A DNA stretch of 64,000 bases, from assembly GCF_009914755.1 (NCBI RefSeq), contig NC_060926.1; one strand, 5' to 3'. Under the pieces are notes generated by a model. That model was not told where the DNA came from. It searched no databases and was given only the letters and a program-made list of their open reading frames with translations. Position numbers and translations under genes: made by a program. Numbering within the stretch: the first letter of the stretch is position 1; every line of letters starts with the position of its first letter. The DNA comes from the human T2T-CHM13v2.0 reference genome, Homo sapiens. Below, in pieces: positions 42,561-55,005 of the stretch.

Positions 42561-43076
42561 CTTTTTGCCCTTGGGAATCACTGTGTAATGTGGGCAGCTG
42601 ATTAGAATGAAGGTGAGGCAGCCAGGGAAAGGTTTACTAAACCTATGAATTAACACAAAAAAGCAGGCTACAAAAGCATGCCCTATTCTTGGAATTTTGC
42701 TTTGTAAAAAGCAGAAGTTATCTTAGTGGAGTAGGTGGGCCCTGGGGGTGCAGAGGAAGAGGCTCAGGAGTTAGAGCCTCCTTGGGGGCAAACCCAAGTC
42801 AGGAGGAGGATCTTTTTTCAGAGGACTTTCTCCATTTCCGGAGTGGAGTCGGGCCGGCGCTCCCCACACCCCTGCTCTGGTTCCCTGATAGAAGCAGTGC
42901 AGGAAAAAGTGCAGTAGCTGCCGGCCCGGGGCCTTCCCTTCTCTGCTGAGGTGGCCTGGCTGGGTCTAGTGCCTACTGGGTGATTTGCCAGCAAGAGCAA
43001 GTCAAGATTCTTGTGGCCCCTGCGGCCTCTCATGTGTAGTCGGAGTAGTAACCTGCTGACTTAGCTGGCACCCTCC

Positions 43077-43615
43077 TGTTACCGGAAAGGGGTCCCGATC
43101 CAGACCCCAAGAGAGGGTTCTTGAATCTTGCACAAGAAGGAATTTGGGGTGAAGTGAAAGCAAGTTTATTAAGTAAGTAAAGGAATAAAGAATGGCTACT
43201 TCATAGGCAGGGCAGCCCTGAGGGCTGCTGGTTGCCCATTTTTGTGGATATTTCTTGATGATATGCTAAACACGGGGTGGATTATTCATGCCTCCCCTTT
43301 TGAAACCATTCAGGGTAACTTCCTGGCGTTGCCATGGCATTTGTAAACTGTCATTGCGCTGATGGGAGTGTGGCAGTGAGGATGACCAGAGGTCACTCTC
43401 TTCACCAACTTGCTTTTGGAGGGTTTTGGCCGGCTTCTGTACTGCAGCCTGTTTTATCAGCAAGGTCTTTATGACCTGTATTTTGTGCTGACCTCCTATC
43501 TCATCCTGTGACTTAGAATGCCTAACCATCTGGGAATGCAGCCCAGTAGATCTCAGCCTTATTTTACCCAGCCCCTATTCAAGATGGAGTTGCTCTGGTT
43601 CACATGCCTCTGACG
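43077..43615 (-). mobile_element. MER41A solo LTR (ERV1)
   Basis: tgttaccggaaaggggtcccgatccagaccccaagagaggg...aagatggagttgctctggttcacatgcctctgac; 4-bp TSD ctcc at 43073-43076 and 43616-43619. It lacks the MER41B tandem GAS segment (reads attcatgcctcccc). Confidence 0.9.
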
Positions 43616-44875
43616 CTCCTGCGGATGCTGCCGGTTGGGGCGTGAGGTCCCGCCGGCCTGGCGTGCAGCAGCTCTGCATGGGGCTTCATCTGAGGTCTGG
43701 TGCTGGAGAGTTCAGGGGAACACAGGATGGCAGAAAGTAGCGGGTGCAGGGTGGGCTTCCAACGCCTCATCCAGTGGCCATCTTGGGGCAGGTTTCGATG
43801 CTGCTGGTGCCTGACCCTAGTTCATGAGATGAGTGAGGAATAACTGAACACTGTCTGGGAGCCTTGGGCAGACATTTGCTTTTGGCTGAGGCTGGCATTG
43901 CTGAATGATGCAGTCAGTGTGGCCCTAGGGTGACCAGCCTAACTCCCCAGAGTCTACCCTCCTGTGTCTGTGCAGCCCCCTGCTTCTGCAGTTAGGACCT
44001 CGCTGGGCTGTTCCTGGGGCACTGGGGAGTTTTCCTGGCAGGCAGGCCCTGGTGTGAGCATGAAGCTGCATGACCGTCAGTGACTCCCCAATTCTCTTCC
44101 TTGCCTCCCCTCCTCTGGCCCTTCCCTCACCACATGACTGCATTTCCAGGAGGCCCAAAGCTCCCTAGCACAATCCCTTTCCTGCTCTGTCTTCCCAAGA
44201 AGCTGCCCTGTGCATGGTGCTCTCGTGAGGACACTCGGATGCAGGAATCACTCTGTGTCCTCAGATGAGCGCTGGGTTTGTGCAGCAGTCTGGCCCCTCT
44301 GCCTGGCAGTGGCACCATCTGCTCCCAGTCCCTCAGGCCTGCAGAGCTCTCAAAGAGAGCCCATCTGGCCTGGGCCTCCCCCTCTTCTCTGCCAGGGCTC
44401 AGAGGGAGGTGGTGCAAGGGCCAGGTGGCACCCACCTGCTCCCCTCCTCTCTCACCACCAGGCAGCCCCCCACCAAGCCCCCGCTGTGGGAAGTTTGAGG
44501 GTGGCTGATATGGCCAGGCGTGGGTGGTGGTCACTGGGCTGTTTGCTGATGATATTCCCAGGTCTCCACTTTTGGGGATGTGGAAGGGGACCCATCCTGG
44601 TTTCCCTGTGGTTGGCTGGGGCAGAGTAACTGGTTCTGGCTTCGATGGTAACGAAGTGATGAGTTGAGAGTGGCCTCCAGGCTGGGCACTTAATTTCTAA
44701 TGTGAGGCCTCTCAAAATTCTTTCTGCCTCTTCTACTAATCAGCCAAATTCCAGAGGGGAGACCCCAAACTCTAGCCTTGGCATGAGGGAACATGTAGGG
44801 GAGCCCTACCCTTCTCGTGGGATTCAGTGTGATCAATGCTGCATCTCTGATTTCTTTTCTATTTTTATTTTTTAC

Positions 44876-44996
44876 AAAAGCCTACAGCACCCAGTATTCC
44901 CGGGTGGTCTCCCATCCAAATACTAATCAGGCACAACCCTGTTTAGCTTCTGAGATCACACGAGATCAGGCATGTTCAGGATGGTATGGCACAGAC
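44876..44996 (-). pseudogene. Processed 5S rRNA pseudogene (RNA5SP-type)
   Basis: Reverse complement reads GTCTGTGCCATACCATCCTGAACATGCCTGATCTCG...GGATGGGAGACC...GGTGCTGTAGGCTTTT: full length, roughly 85% identical to 5S by manual comparison. A-rich tail at 44853-44873; TSD tg(c/t)atctctgatt at 44840-44852 and 44997-45009. Confidence 0.95.
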
Positions 44997-45529
44997 TGTA
45001 TCTCTGATTAAGTCACTATAGTGAGGTTGTTGACTGTCTCAGGGCAGGAAAGCTGATACCGACTGACACAGGCCCTGTGGAAAATGCCTCTTGTTCAGAA
45101 CGAAGGAGCTGCTCCTGGCTAGAGGAGCCCTGGTGATTCATGTGGTGCAACCCTTTACAGAAGGGGAAATTGAGGCCCAGAGCGGGAAGGATGGAGTCTT
45201 AGGTCACAGAGCCAGTTGGTTGGTGCCACAGCTGGGAGGCGATTGCTTGTCTTGTTGGTATCTTCTTTGTTGAGTCACATTGCTTCCAGAGACTGGATTT
45301 GTGGAAATGCTTCTAAAGCAGAACAGAAAAACAATGGCCCAACTTTGGGGTGAGGGAGAGTTAATATAGAGAATTTTTATTAAACACTCATTTTCAACCT
45401 TAGCCTGAGGCCAAGAAGACCATCCTGCTGCTATCATTGAGGCTGCAGGCTTCCTGGCAGGGGCGTAGCTGAGTCGGCCCCTGGAAGCCTTTGAACAAAG
45501 TTTGCAGCCTTCTCTGAAGAGCACACTGA

Positions 45530-45938
<409 letters not shown>

Positions 45939-47469
45939 AGCCTTGTCTTGTTCTAAAGGTGAGTGCATGGAGGTTTGCAAACATTGACTTGTCCAGGGTC
46001 ACACAGCTGGTAGGTGATGGAACTGGATTTGAATGTGGGTGGTGTGGCCCTAGGACTGGTTCCTGGAGCTGTCAGCTGCAGCCCTGGCTCAGCATCCAGA
46101 TTTTGCCACCTTTTAGCTGTGTGTCTGTGGGTGTTGCCTCACCTCTGAGGTTGTTTCCTTGCCCCTCAGTTGGATCCTAGGGCAGATCCTAGGCCTGCCA
46201 TCTTGGTGTTCCCATGAGTTTTGCAGACAACGTGTGTGAATGCTGGTTAGGGCCAACGCAAGGCAGGCAAGGCTCATGCATGTAGAGTCCTGGGAGTTCC
46301 TCCAGCACAGAACCTCTTGGAGATCTGCTGCTTCCACCCTCGGGCCGGCATGGGTGCCTCAGCCAGCACCCAGCAGTTTCCCCGGAAGAGAAGCTCAATT
46401 TCCCTGAGGCTTTGGTGGCAGTTCCCAGAAAGGGCTGTCCCCTTCTGGGAAGGAAGGAGGAGAGAGGGTGGTGGCAGGGAGCAGCTGGTGGCTGAGCAGA
46501 GAGGTCAAGGGAGGGGAGCGGACGCTGCCGGGAAGCACATATTGATTTCCTCCTTTTAAAAATGGACTCAAGTGGAATCATTCATAATGTGCTCTCCCAC
46601 CACTGACAATACCCATTCCCATCACTGTCAGGGAAATGGATTTGCAGCACTCTCAGAAAAAACCAACATGTTGCCGGAGACGAGCAGAGGCGGCTCGGTT
46701 CCATCCCCAGATGCTTTCTGGAGACAGAGGGCGGCAGGATGAGCTGTCTGGGATTGTTCCCGGGGCAAGATCTGCAGTGAGCCTTGCAGCCCCGACAAGC
46801 AGCCACCCCATCGTGGGCCGGATGTTGAAAGGGGAAGCCCAGAGGGGTCTGACAGAGCCCTGGGGTCGGGGAGGCCGCCTGGGGAAGCCAGTGTCTGAGA
46901 TGAGTCTCAGGAGTGGCCATGTAGAACCTTCTAGGTGGAGAGACACCATGCCCGGCCCCTGGCCAGGTGGCTCCCTGCAGGAAATCAGTGGGAGCCCAGT
47001 GTGGCTGGGACTCTCAGGGTGAAGGCAGGAGATGGGGAGGCTGGAGAGAGGGACAGGAGCACCCGGGGGTCCCAGTGTCTTTCTCTGCTACCACCCTCCA
47101 GGGGCCGTCAGTCCAGGTGTGGGGAGGCAACTTTGGGTGGGGTATGGCCCCTGCTGATCACCCACAATGCCTGCCCTGGGTCTGGAGCTGGGCAAAGGGA
47201 CACTGACCGGAGGCCACTGTTCTGCCTCCCTTGGGCTTGGCTGGGGCTGCCCAGCAGCAGTGGACACATTCCCAGCCATGGCCCCCGTGGGTGGTGCCGC
47301 CTGCTCTGAAGACAGCCCTGGCCAGTCCCCTGTCCAGGCAGACCATCTCCCCTGTCAGCAGGGCTCAGGAGGCCACCACACCCAGGTACATCTCAGTGTT
47401 CATTCATCCACCCAATCATTCCTTGGGAGGAACATCGACACCTGGGCCTGGGCAAGGTGCTGGGGAGCC

Positions 47470-47988
47470 AGCCCCATAGCTTTATGGCAGGAGCAGGTGG
47501 GAAGCAGGACCCACAGTATTATGGTGGGGGCAGGTGTGGGGCAGGACCCCACAGCGTTACAATGGGGGCAGGAAGGGGGGCGGGACTCACAGTGGTATGG
47601 CGGGAACAGGTGGGGAGCAGGACCCACAGTATTATGGTGGGGGCAGGTGTTGGGGGGCGGGACCCACAGCATTATGGTTGGGGTAGGTGGGGGGGCAGGA
47701 CCCACTGCGTTACAGTGGGGGCAGGTGGGGGGCGGGACCCACAGCATTATGGTGGGGGCAGGTGGGGAAGTGGGACCCACAGAGCTATGGTGGGGGCAGG
47801 TGGGTGGTGGGACCCACAGCGTTACAGTGGGGGCAGGTGGGGGGCGGGACCCACAGCATTATGGTGGGGGCAGGTGGGGGGCGGGACCCACAGCGTTACA
47901 GTGGGGGCAGGTGGTGGGCGGGACCCACAGCATTATGGTGGGGGCAGGTGGGGGGCGGGACCCACAGCGTTTCGGTGGGGGCAGGTGG
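47470..47988. repeat. G-rich minisatellite, unit about 37 bp, about 14 copies
   Basis: Unit ggacccacagc(attatgg|gttacag)tgggggcaggtggggggcg. Confidence 0.95.
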
Positions 47989-50900
47989 ACACACACAGGC
48001 TTTGGAGCCACGCAGACTAGGATCAAATCATACACTGTGGGTGACCTTTAGAAAGCCATCGAAGATCTCTGGGCCTCAGTTTCCTGAACAGCAAAACAGG
48101 GCTAACTCTTGTCAGATGGCTGTGGGGCTCCAGGGATATGGTGGCTATGAAGGACCTGGCAGGTATTAGGCCCCCACCAGGGCCCCAGGAGCTCAGCCCA
48201 GGTGCTCTTCGTTTACCTGGACACTTCAGGCAGGCTGCGCCACAGGGCCTTGGCACGTGCTGCCTCCTCCCTGTCACCCCAGCACTGCCCCCTGCCCTGC
48301 CGTATCCTCTCGCCACAGTGCTCAGTGATGTCCCACGGAGATGGGTGTCTTTTCTTTCCCTCGCCAGAATGTGAGCATCGCCAGGGCTGGGGTTTCGATT
48401 TGCTTTGTTCCCCCAGTCTCTTCCATGCCCAGAACAGTGCCTGGCCAGTGGCAAGGGTGAGGGGTGCTGCTGAGTGGCTAGAATGTCTGAGAGCAAAGCC
48501 ATGGCCATTTCTGCTCACTAACCCTGAGCAACAGGAGAGGGGTCTGGGCCGAGGGCCTTAGTGGAAGGGGGCTGTCAGTCCTTTTGAGCCTTCATGAGGT
48601 GGGAAGAGAGAGGCTGGGCCTTGGAATCAGAGAGCTGGTTCCACCCCTGCAGGGAGTGCAGGTGGGAGGCTCAGGCCCCAGGTGAATCAGGCTCTGTCCC
48701 TGCCTGTGAGAAGCTCCTGGTCTGGAGGGGGCCCCAGCCATGAGAAGAGTTGGAAGCCACCCAGGATGATGTGAGAACCAGACCCAGACAGTGACTTCCC
48801 GGGTCAGGGTGCCCCTTGGCAACCTCAGACAGCTGCTTGGCAGTAGCCCAGTTGGCCCCTTAGGGAGGCACCCCCAACCTTCCCTGGCCACGTGGGTGGG
48901 TATTCATGGGCCTGGCTGCTGTGTAGGTCAATGAGACCCAGGCTCCTTAGGAGCTGTGTGCTGGCATGTTGTCTCTGTCCTCAAGAGCTGTTTCCCCCTG
49001 GTCATTACAGGTACACGCAGATGGCAGAGGACCTGTAAAACCCCTGAGGGGTCAGGGACGTTGCCTGGGCTGAACAGTTGAGGGATGCAGCAAGGGACTA
49101 AGTCAGGGTGCCCACCCCGGCACACACAAGCATGGGCCTGGGATTTACCAAAGGACGGAGTCCTCTGTCAGTGGTGAACACGAATCTTCCTGGGAGAGGG
49201 GCCCGAGCTGGATCTGAGTCCTGTCTGGCTGATGCCCTCTGACTGTGGGTGGTGACTGGCTCACTGAGCCTCAGTTTCTTCACCTGTAAAGCGGGCGTGG
49301 TAACAGTACGGCCTCAGGGGCTGTCTTGGGGTAGAGTGCACACTGAGCACTGCTTGTTCTCGCAGTTACCATGGGGATTCGAATTCACTCCACGGCATGA
49401 ACCACATGTGCTGGAGGGGCCTTTCCCGAGATCTTTTTGGATGGTGGAGCCTCTGCAAGTAGACTGTAACCAAGAAAGGAGGGCGGTGGGCCCAAGGCAC
49501 AGCCAGCCCTTCCCAGTTGCGTGAGTGGAGGAGCAGTGGGTGGTGGCCTTGCTGGAGAGAGAAGCCTCCGGGAGTGGGCCTGGGCCCCGTGCTCCTAGCC
49601 TGACCCTCCCGGTCTGAACTGAGCCATCTCAGGGAAGGCCGTCTATAGAGGGCAGGCTTAGTGGGGCTGTGGCGCTGTCTTCCCAGTGCTGGTGGGGAAA
49701 TACCGCAACTCCGAAGCCCTGCGTGTGTCTGGCTCCCAGCCCTTCCCTTCAGAGGCCCAGGCCTCTGGCATCAGGCTTACTTCCGGCTCCTGGCCAAAGC
49801 TGCAGCAGCTCCCAACAGGACAGTGACATCTGTCTCTGGGATCAGAAAGTGGTGGCTGAGGCTCACCCCATCCTAAACAGGAAGAGAGCAGGCAGACGAG
49901 GCTGGGTCCCTGTCACTAAGGCCTCTACAGAGGCAGGGCCACTCAGGGTGGACATGGCCACCCAGAAGTGTGGCCTGGGCTGGGCTAGCCTGGGAGGGTG
50001 AGGAAAAGGAATGGATGAAGAAGACTGGGAGATGCACCTAGCTTTGATGCCTCTGCTTCATGGGTCTCTTTGATGCCTCTGCGTCATAAGGCTGCTGTAT
50101 GCTCTCGCTGGATGGTGCGTTGGATGGCCAATGGCAGGCAGACAGCGTTCCCGCCTCGGCTCTGAGACCAGGCATCTCCTCAGCACAGAGGGCCCCACTC
50201 CTTCAGGGGTCACCACTGGAGGAGCCACTACCTCTTTCCTTGAGTTATCACAACAATCCCAGGTCACTCCCAGTGTCACCCCGTTTTACAGAAGAGACAG
50301 CTAGGGAGTTGCGGAAGCTGCTCATGAGTGCTGGGTGAGGGCCAGACTCAGGGTCCTTCTGCAATAAGAGCCCTGCCCCCCTGGGCCTGGGGCAGCGGCT
50401 GTGTTTTCAGGAAGGTTGCACAGAATTTGGATCTCTGCCCCACTTCCGCCCCTGACTTAGGCGTCTTCCAGAACCCCCTAATCCCCTGCTTTATCTAAAG
50501 AAATGAGTGCTGCAGAGAGCTAGCCACAGGCTCCAGGGAGCCATTTCTAATGGGAAAACATGCCCATTTGCCTAAATGAATCAAATCCATTTCTCTCCCA
50601 TACATATTTCATGGGCTTCCTCTCTGTGTAATTTAATTATCACTGTTGTTAGTGTTAATGCCCTGGTTGGTGCAGCTCTGCTCCCCAGACCCTCTGAGCC
50701 TGATGCTGCAGCAGGGCTCGAGGAGGAGCCGGAAGAATGGAACCATCGCTATGGCAACAGGATGCCATAATATTTCCTGATGATCTATTGCTTTAATCTT
50801 GAGGGCTCTGAGTATATTGCCAGCATTAATAAATAAATCTAAATAACACCCTGGTGAGATTGATATTATTCTATCCATTTTACTGATGGATAAACAGCAG

Positions 50901-51799
50901 CTCAGGGGGGTTAAGTGCCTCGCCTGGGGGATGGGTAAGAAGGACTGTGCTGGAGATGTGTGCGAGGGCCACACCGGTTTCTGGGGGCCCCAGTGTCCCT
51001 GCTGGAGGGGCTGGGTCAGTGCCCTAGAAGCCTTCTGGGAGACGGTGGCACCATGATGTTGGAAAGTGCTCTGGACATATTTACATTTGTGACCCTGTGT
51101 CTGGGTTGGGGCCAGCCCAACTTCTGGTAGTGGCAGCAGGAAGGGCCCTCCGGCCTTAACAGGGCTCCTGTTTCCTAAGTCCAGAATGTTACCCTGAGAT
51201 GTTCTGTGCTTTGGTTTCGGTGTGTTCAGCAATACATTTCCTTGGAAGAAATAGCCTTTGATCCAGTCCCAGCGTCACCTTGTTGTGAGAGTAACCAGGA
51301 TGAGTCTTGAGTCTGGGTTTTAGAAGTGGAGGGCAGGAGGGGCAAGGAGGCAGGTGCGTTCTGTGCCTGGTGTTTAGGTGGGTGAGCCCCTTGCCCCCTT
51401 CCCCAGCTGCATGCAGATATGTGTTCTTATTTTTTATTTTTCCAGCTAAGGGCTTGAACCTCCCCCACCTTATTTAGGAGGATTTCCAGCCCCTCTCCCT
51501 CCGGGTGAGGCCTCCCCGCCCTTTGGCTGTCCTGGGTCTTACTCCACTTAAGAACTTAGTCCCATTTCCTCTGTGGCTGCCTGACCCCACCACATAGTGT
51601 CACCGCTGAGCATGGGTCCTATGTAGCCTGATGGTGGCTTGTCCAGCCTGTTCCCCTCACTTCTCGCACACTGTCTCTCACCTGCCCAGTGGCCGGTCCA
51701 AGCGCAGTCACTTCTGCACTGTTGCTGCACTCAGTCCAAAGCAGCTGCTTGGTGGCTTCAGCCTCACCCCACTCAGCCTCCCACAGATCCTCAGTCCAT

Positions 51800-52332
51800 C
51801 AGCGTCCATTACATACCAGCCTTTGTTACCCACCAGCCTCCATTACCCACCAGCCTCCATAACCTACCAGCCTCCATGACCTACCAGACTCCATTACCCA
51901 TCAGCCTCCATTACTCAGCAACCTCCATTACTCACCAACCTCTGTTACCCACCAGCCTCCATTACCCATCAGCCTCCATTACCCACCAGCCTCTATTACC
52001 CAGCAGCCTCCATGACCTACCAGCCTCCATTACCCATCAGCCTCCATTACTCACCAACCTCCATTACTCACCAACCTCTGTTACCCATCAGCCTCCATTA
52101 CCCATCAGCCTCTATTACCCAGCAGCCTCCATGACCTACCAGCCTCCATTACCCCCCAGCCTCCATTACCCGCCAGCCTCCATGACCTACCAGCTTCCAT
52201 TACCCACCAGTCTCCATTACCCACCAGCTTCTATTATCCACCAGCCTCTATTACATACTAGCCTTTATTACCTGCCAGTCTCCATTACCCACCAGCCTCC
52301 ATTACATACCAGCCTCCATTACCCACCAGCCT
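51800..52332. repeat. C-rich minisatellite, 17-bp unit, about 31 copies
   Basis: Unit ccagcctccattaccca, with variant ccagcctccatgaccta. Confidence 0.95.
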
Positions 52333-52914
52333 ACTTCTTCTTTAAAGCTGATGGCCCTCGTGGAGGTCTTTGTTGTCCTTTTCATTCTGTGATCCTTACT
52401 TCTCTGTTAAAAGGGTCCTAATAATGCGGGATAAAAAGCCCGCAGCTTGGCATCTGGGTCCCTTTCTTTACGGCACCACCTGTGCTCCTGCTCAAGATTA
52501 CCTGCCCCTTACCCCAGGACCAGTTATGTCCACCAAGGAGCCTTGGGAACAGCATCGGACCAAAGTGCCCCTCAGGGCAGTGAGGCCATATCATTTTTGC
52601 CTGAGCTCATCTTAGCTGGTTTCCAGTCTCCTGCAGCGCCAGGGTGCTAGCTGATGACTTCTCTAGCTGGCATGGGCGGCTCGGCCTCTCCGCTCCTCCC
52701 GTACAGTTCTGTGAGCTCCTGGGTCTCTCTGTTCATTGCTGGTGCCAAGCACTGTGCCTGTTGAGTAGACGTGCTTTGGGGAGCGTCCCCATTCCACACG
52801 ACCTTTCTCTACACTCCCTTCTCTGACGTGGCTGGCTGGACCAGGTGTGGGCATCTGACCCCAGTGGTCCCCTCAGGTTCCTCCCGGTCATTTGGAATTG
52901 GGCATCTGCGATGT

Positions 52915-53715
52915 TGTGACATCATAAGAAATACATATGTGGTCTTAGTCCCTGGCTCCTGGCACAGAGCTCCTAATACCCTTGGCATTCTCTGAGTGAT
53001 GAGGGTGAGAGGAGCATCTTCTGTTACTCACAGCAAGACCCTTCCAACCACACCTGAATTTATGCCAGTGAGATGACTCTTGGAGGATGGGGCTGGACCA
53101 GCTGTGTGATTAGAGGGTTGGAAATTTCAGCCTATCCCCCACCTGCTGGCAGGGAAGAGGGGCTGGGGATCAAGTTCAGTCTCGTGGCTAGTGATTTAAT
53201 CAGTCGCAACTACGTCATTGAGCCTCTGTGAAACCCCCACGTGATGGGATTTGGACAGCTTCTGGGTTCATGAGAGGCCCCCATAGCTTGTCCTGTGCAT
53301 TGCTTCTATTGGCTGTTCCTGAGTTCTATCCTTTGTAATAAATCGGTAGGTAAACAGTATAATAAACAATAAACCATTTTCCTGAGTTCTGTGAGCTGTT
53401 CCAGTAAATTATTGAACATAAGGAGGGGGTTTAAGAAACCTTTGATTTATTTCTGGTTGGTCAGAAGCACAGGTGACAACCTGGGGCTTGCAACTGGCAT
53501 CTGAAGTCTGGGGAAGTCTTATGGCCCTGAGCCTGTGGGATCTGTGCTAACTCTGGGCAGTTAGTGCCAGAATTGAGTTAAATTGTAGGACACCCAGTTG
53601 GTGTCCACAGAGAATTGGAAAATTGGTTGGTGTGGAAAAAAACCTCCACACACTTGCTCTCGGAATTGTTGTGTGTATAGAAAAAACCAGTTTGTTTTTC
53701 TTTTAGCCTCAGACA
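52915..53715 (+). mobile_element. MER21-family solo LTR
   Basis: tggcacagagctcctaatacccttgg...gtgattagagggttggaaatttcagcc...cttgcaactggcatctgaagt...aattgtaggacacccagttggtgtc. Confidence 0.85.
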
Positions 53716-53817
53716 ACTGCAGTTGTACCTGAACCAAGAGAACATGTAGGGCAGGTGGGCTGGGGCAGCCCCCTTTGGCTCCTGTGCCTGTAAGAAGAGG
53801 AGGATGCTGGTATTTAG

Positions 53818-53965
53818 CGGGAGGAAGGGAAGGAAAGAGAGAGGAAGAGGGAGAGAGACAGAGACAGAGAGAGAAGGAAAGGGTAGGGTGCGGAGGAGAG
53901 AAGAGGGGAGGAGAAGAGGAGGGAAGACAAGAAAGTAGAGAGCAGGAAGAAGTAGGAAAGAGAGA
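53818..53965. repeat. Polypurine (GA-rich) tract
   Basis: About 150 nt that are almost exclusively A/G. Confidence 0.9.
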
Positions 53966-54087
53966 CCAGGTGGCCCCTGCAAGAGAGGGGAGGGAAACCT
54001 GGTGGCTGATGCCTTCTCTGCTGTGTTCTGCTTCCCCAGCCATTAGCCCTGTCTAGTCCCTGGGCAGTCCTTATAATAGTCTGCTTT

Positions 54088-54717
54088 GATACTAGGCAGG
54101 AAAGAGGTAACTCAGGAGGCTTGAGTTGCTGAAATCCTGCACTTCCCAAATAAAGGTCTGTTTTCAGGACTGGTCCTTGCCTACTCCTGGAAGATTACCT
54201 GTGACATCTTAGAATATTCTGCTTCTAAGTGTTTTTGCATGCCTGAGGCTTTGGGTCAGCTGTGCCAGTTTGACTAGGTAAGTTTATCCTGACAATGTGC
54301 TGTATGGTGAACCCCTGCTTTTGCTTAGGGGCAGGCTGGAGTCTGAGTAGTTGAGGTCAGTCATGCAGAAGCTGTGTGCTTATGTGACTGTCCTCCAATA
54401 AAACCTCTGGACACAAAGGCTTGGGTGAGCTTCCCTGTTGGGAACACTTCACAAAGGTTGTCACACATCATTGCTGGGAGTATAATAGTATATCCCTGAA
54501 CCAAGAAAACATGTCACACTCCACTGAGAGGGGACACCTGGAAGCTCACACCTGCAGTCTCTTGGATATCACTCATGTGCCCTTTCCTTCTGCTGGTTGA
54601 ATCCATATCCTTTCACTGAGATAAACCATAAATGTGATTATGACACCTTTTTCTGAGTCCTGTGAGCCCTTCTAGAGAATCGTCAAGCCTGAGAGTGATC
54701 TTAGAGCCCCTGACACA
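54088..54717 (+). mobile_element. MER77-like solo LTR
   Basis: gcatgcctgaggc...ggcttgggtgagcttccctg...ttgtcacacatcattgctgggag...cccctgacaca. Confidence 0.75.
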
Positions 54718-55005
54718 GTGGCTTAGGCATACTTTTCTCCCTTGCAAATGAAAGAGCCTTCTCTGAGATAGCTTGGCATGAAAGTGATGTACTGGAAAGA
54801 GTTCCAGCAGGAAACAGAGGGCACACTCAACCTGGGTGCTGGGGAGGGGTTGATGAGGGGACTGTTGAGGACAGCAGGGCAGCGTGGAGGGACCTGCAGG
54901 CATGCTGTGGAACCAGCCAGGGGCTGAACCAGAACCCAGGGGAAGCTCTGGTTGTAGGAAGAGCAGCTCAGAGAAGTCAGGGCTTCAGTTAGAGGGCACA
55001 GCTCT

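Noticed and set aside
43077-43615. MER41 as an interferon-inducible STAT1 enhancer
   Set aside because: This copy is the MER41A form and lacks the tandem TTCCGGGAA-type segment found in MER41B.
47470-47988. CRISPR-like periodicity of about 37 bp
   Set aside because: Units are head-to-tail with no unique spacers, there are no cas genes, and the context is eukaryotic.
47167-48169. 294-, 187- and 160-aa Gly-rich ORFs
   Set aside because: All three frames are open because they translate a stop-poor minisatellite.
51830-52330. About eight E. coli Chi octamers (GCTGGTGG, minus strand) in the 17-bp repeat
   Set aside because: By-product of the repeat unit; Chi has no established role in primates.
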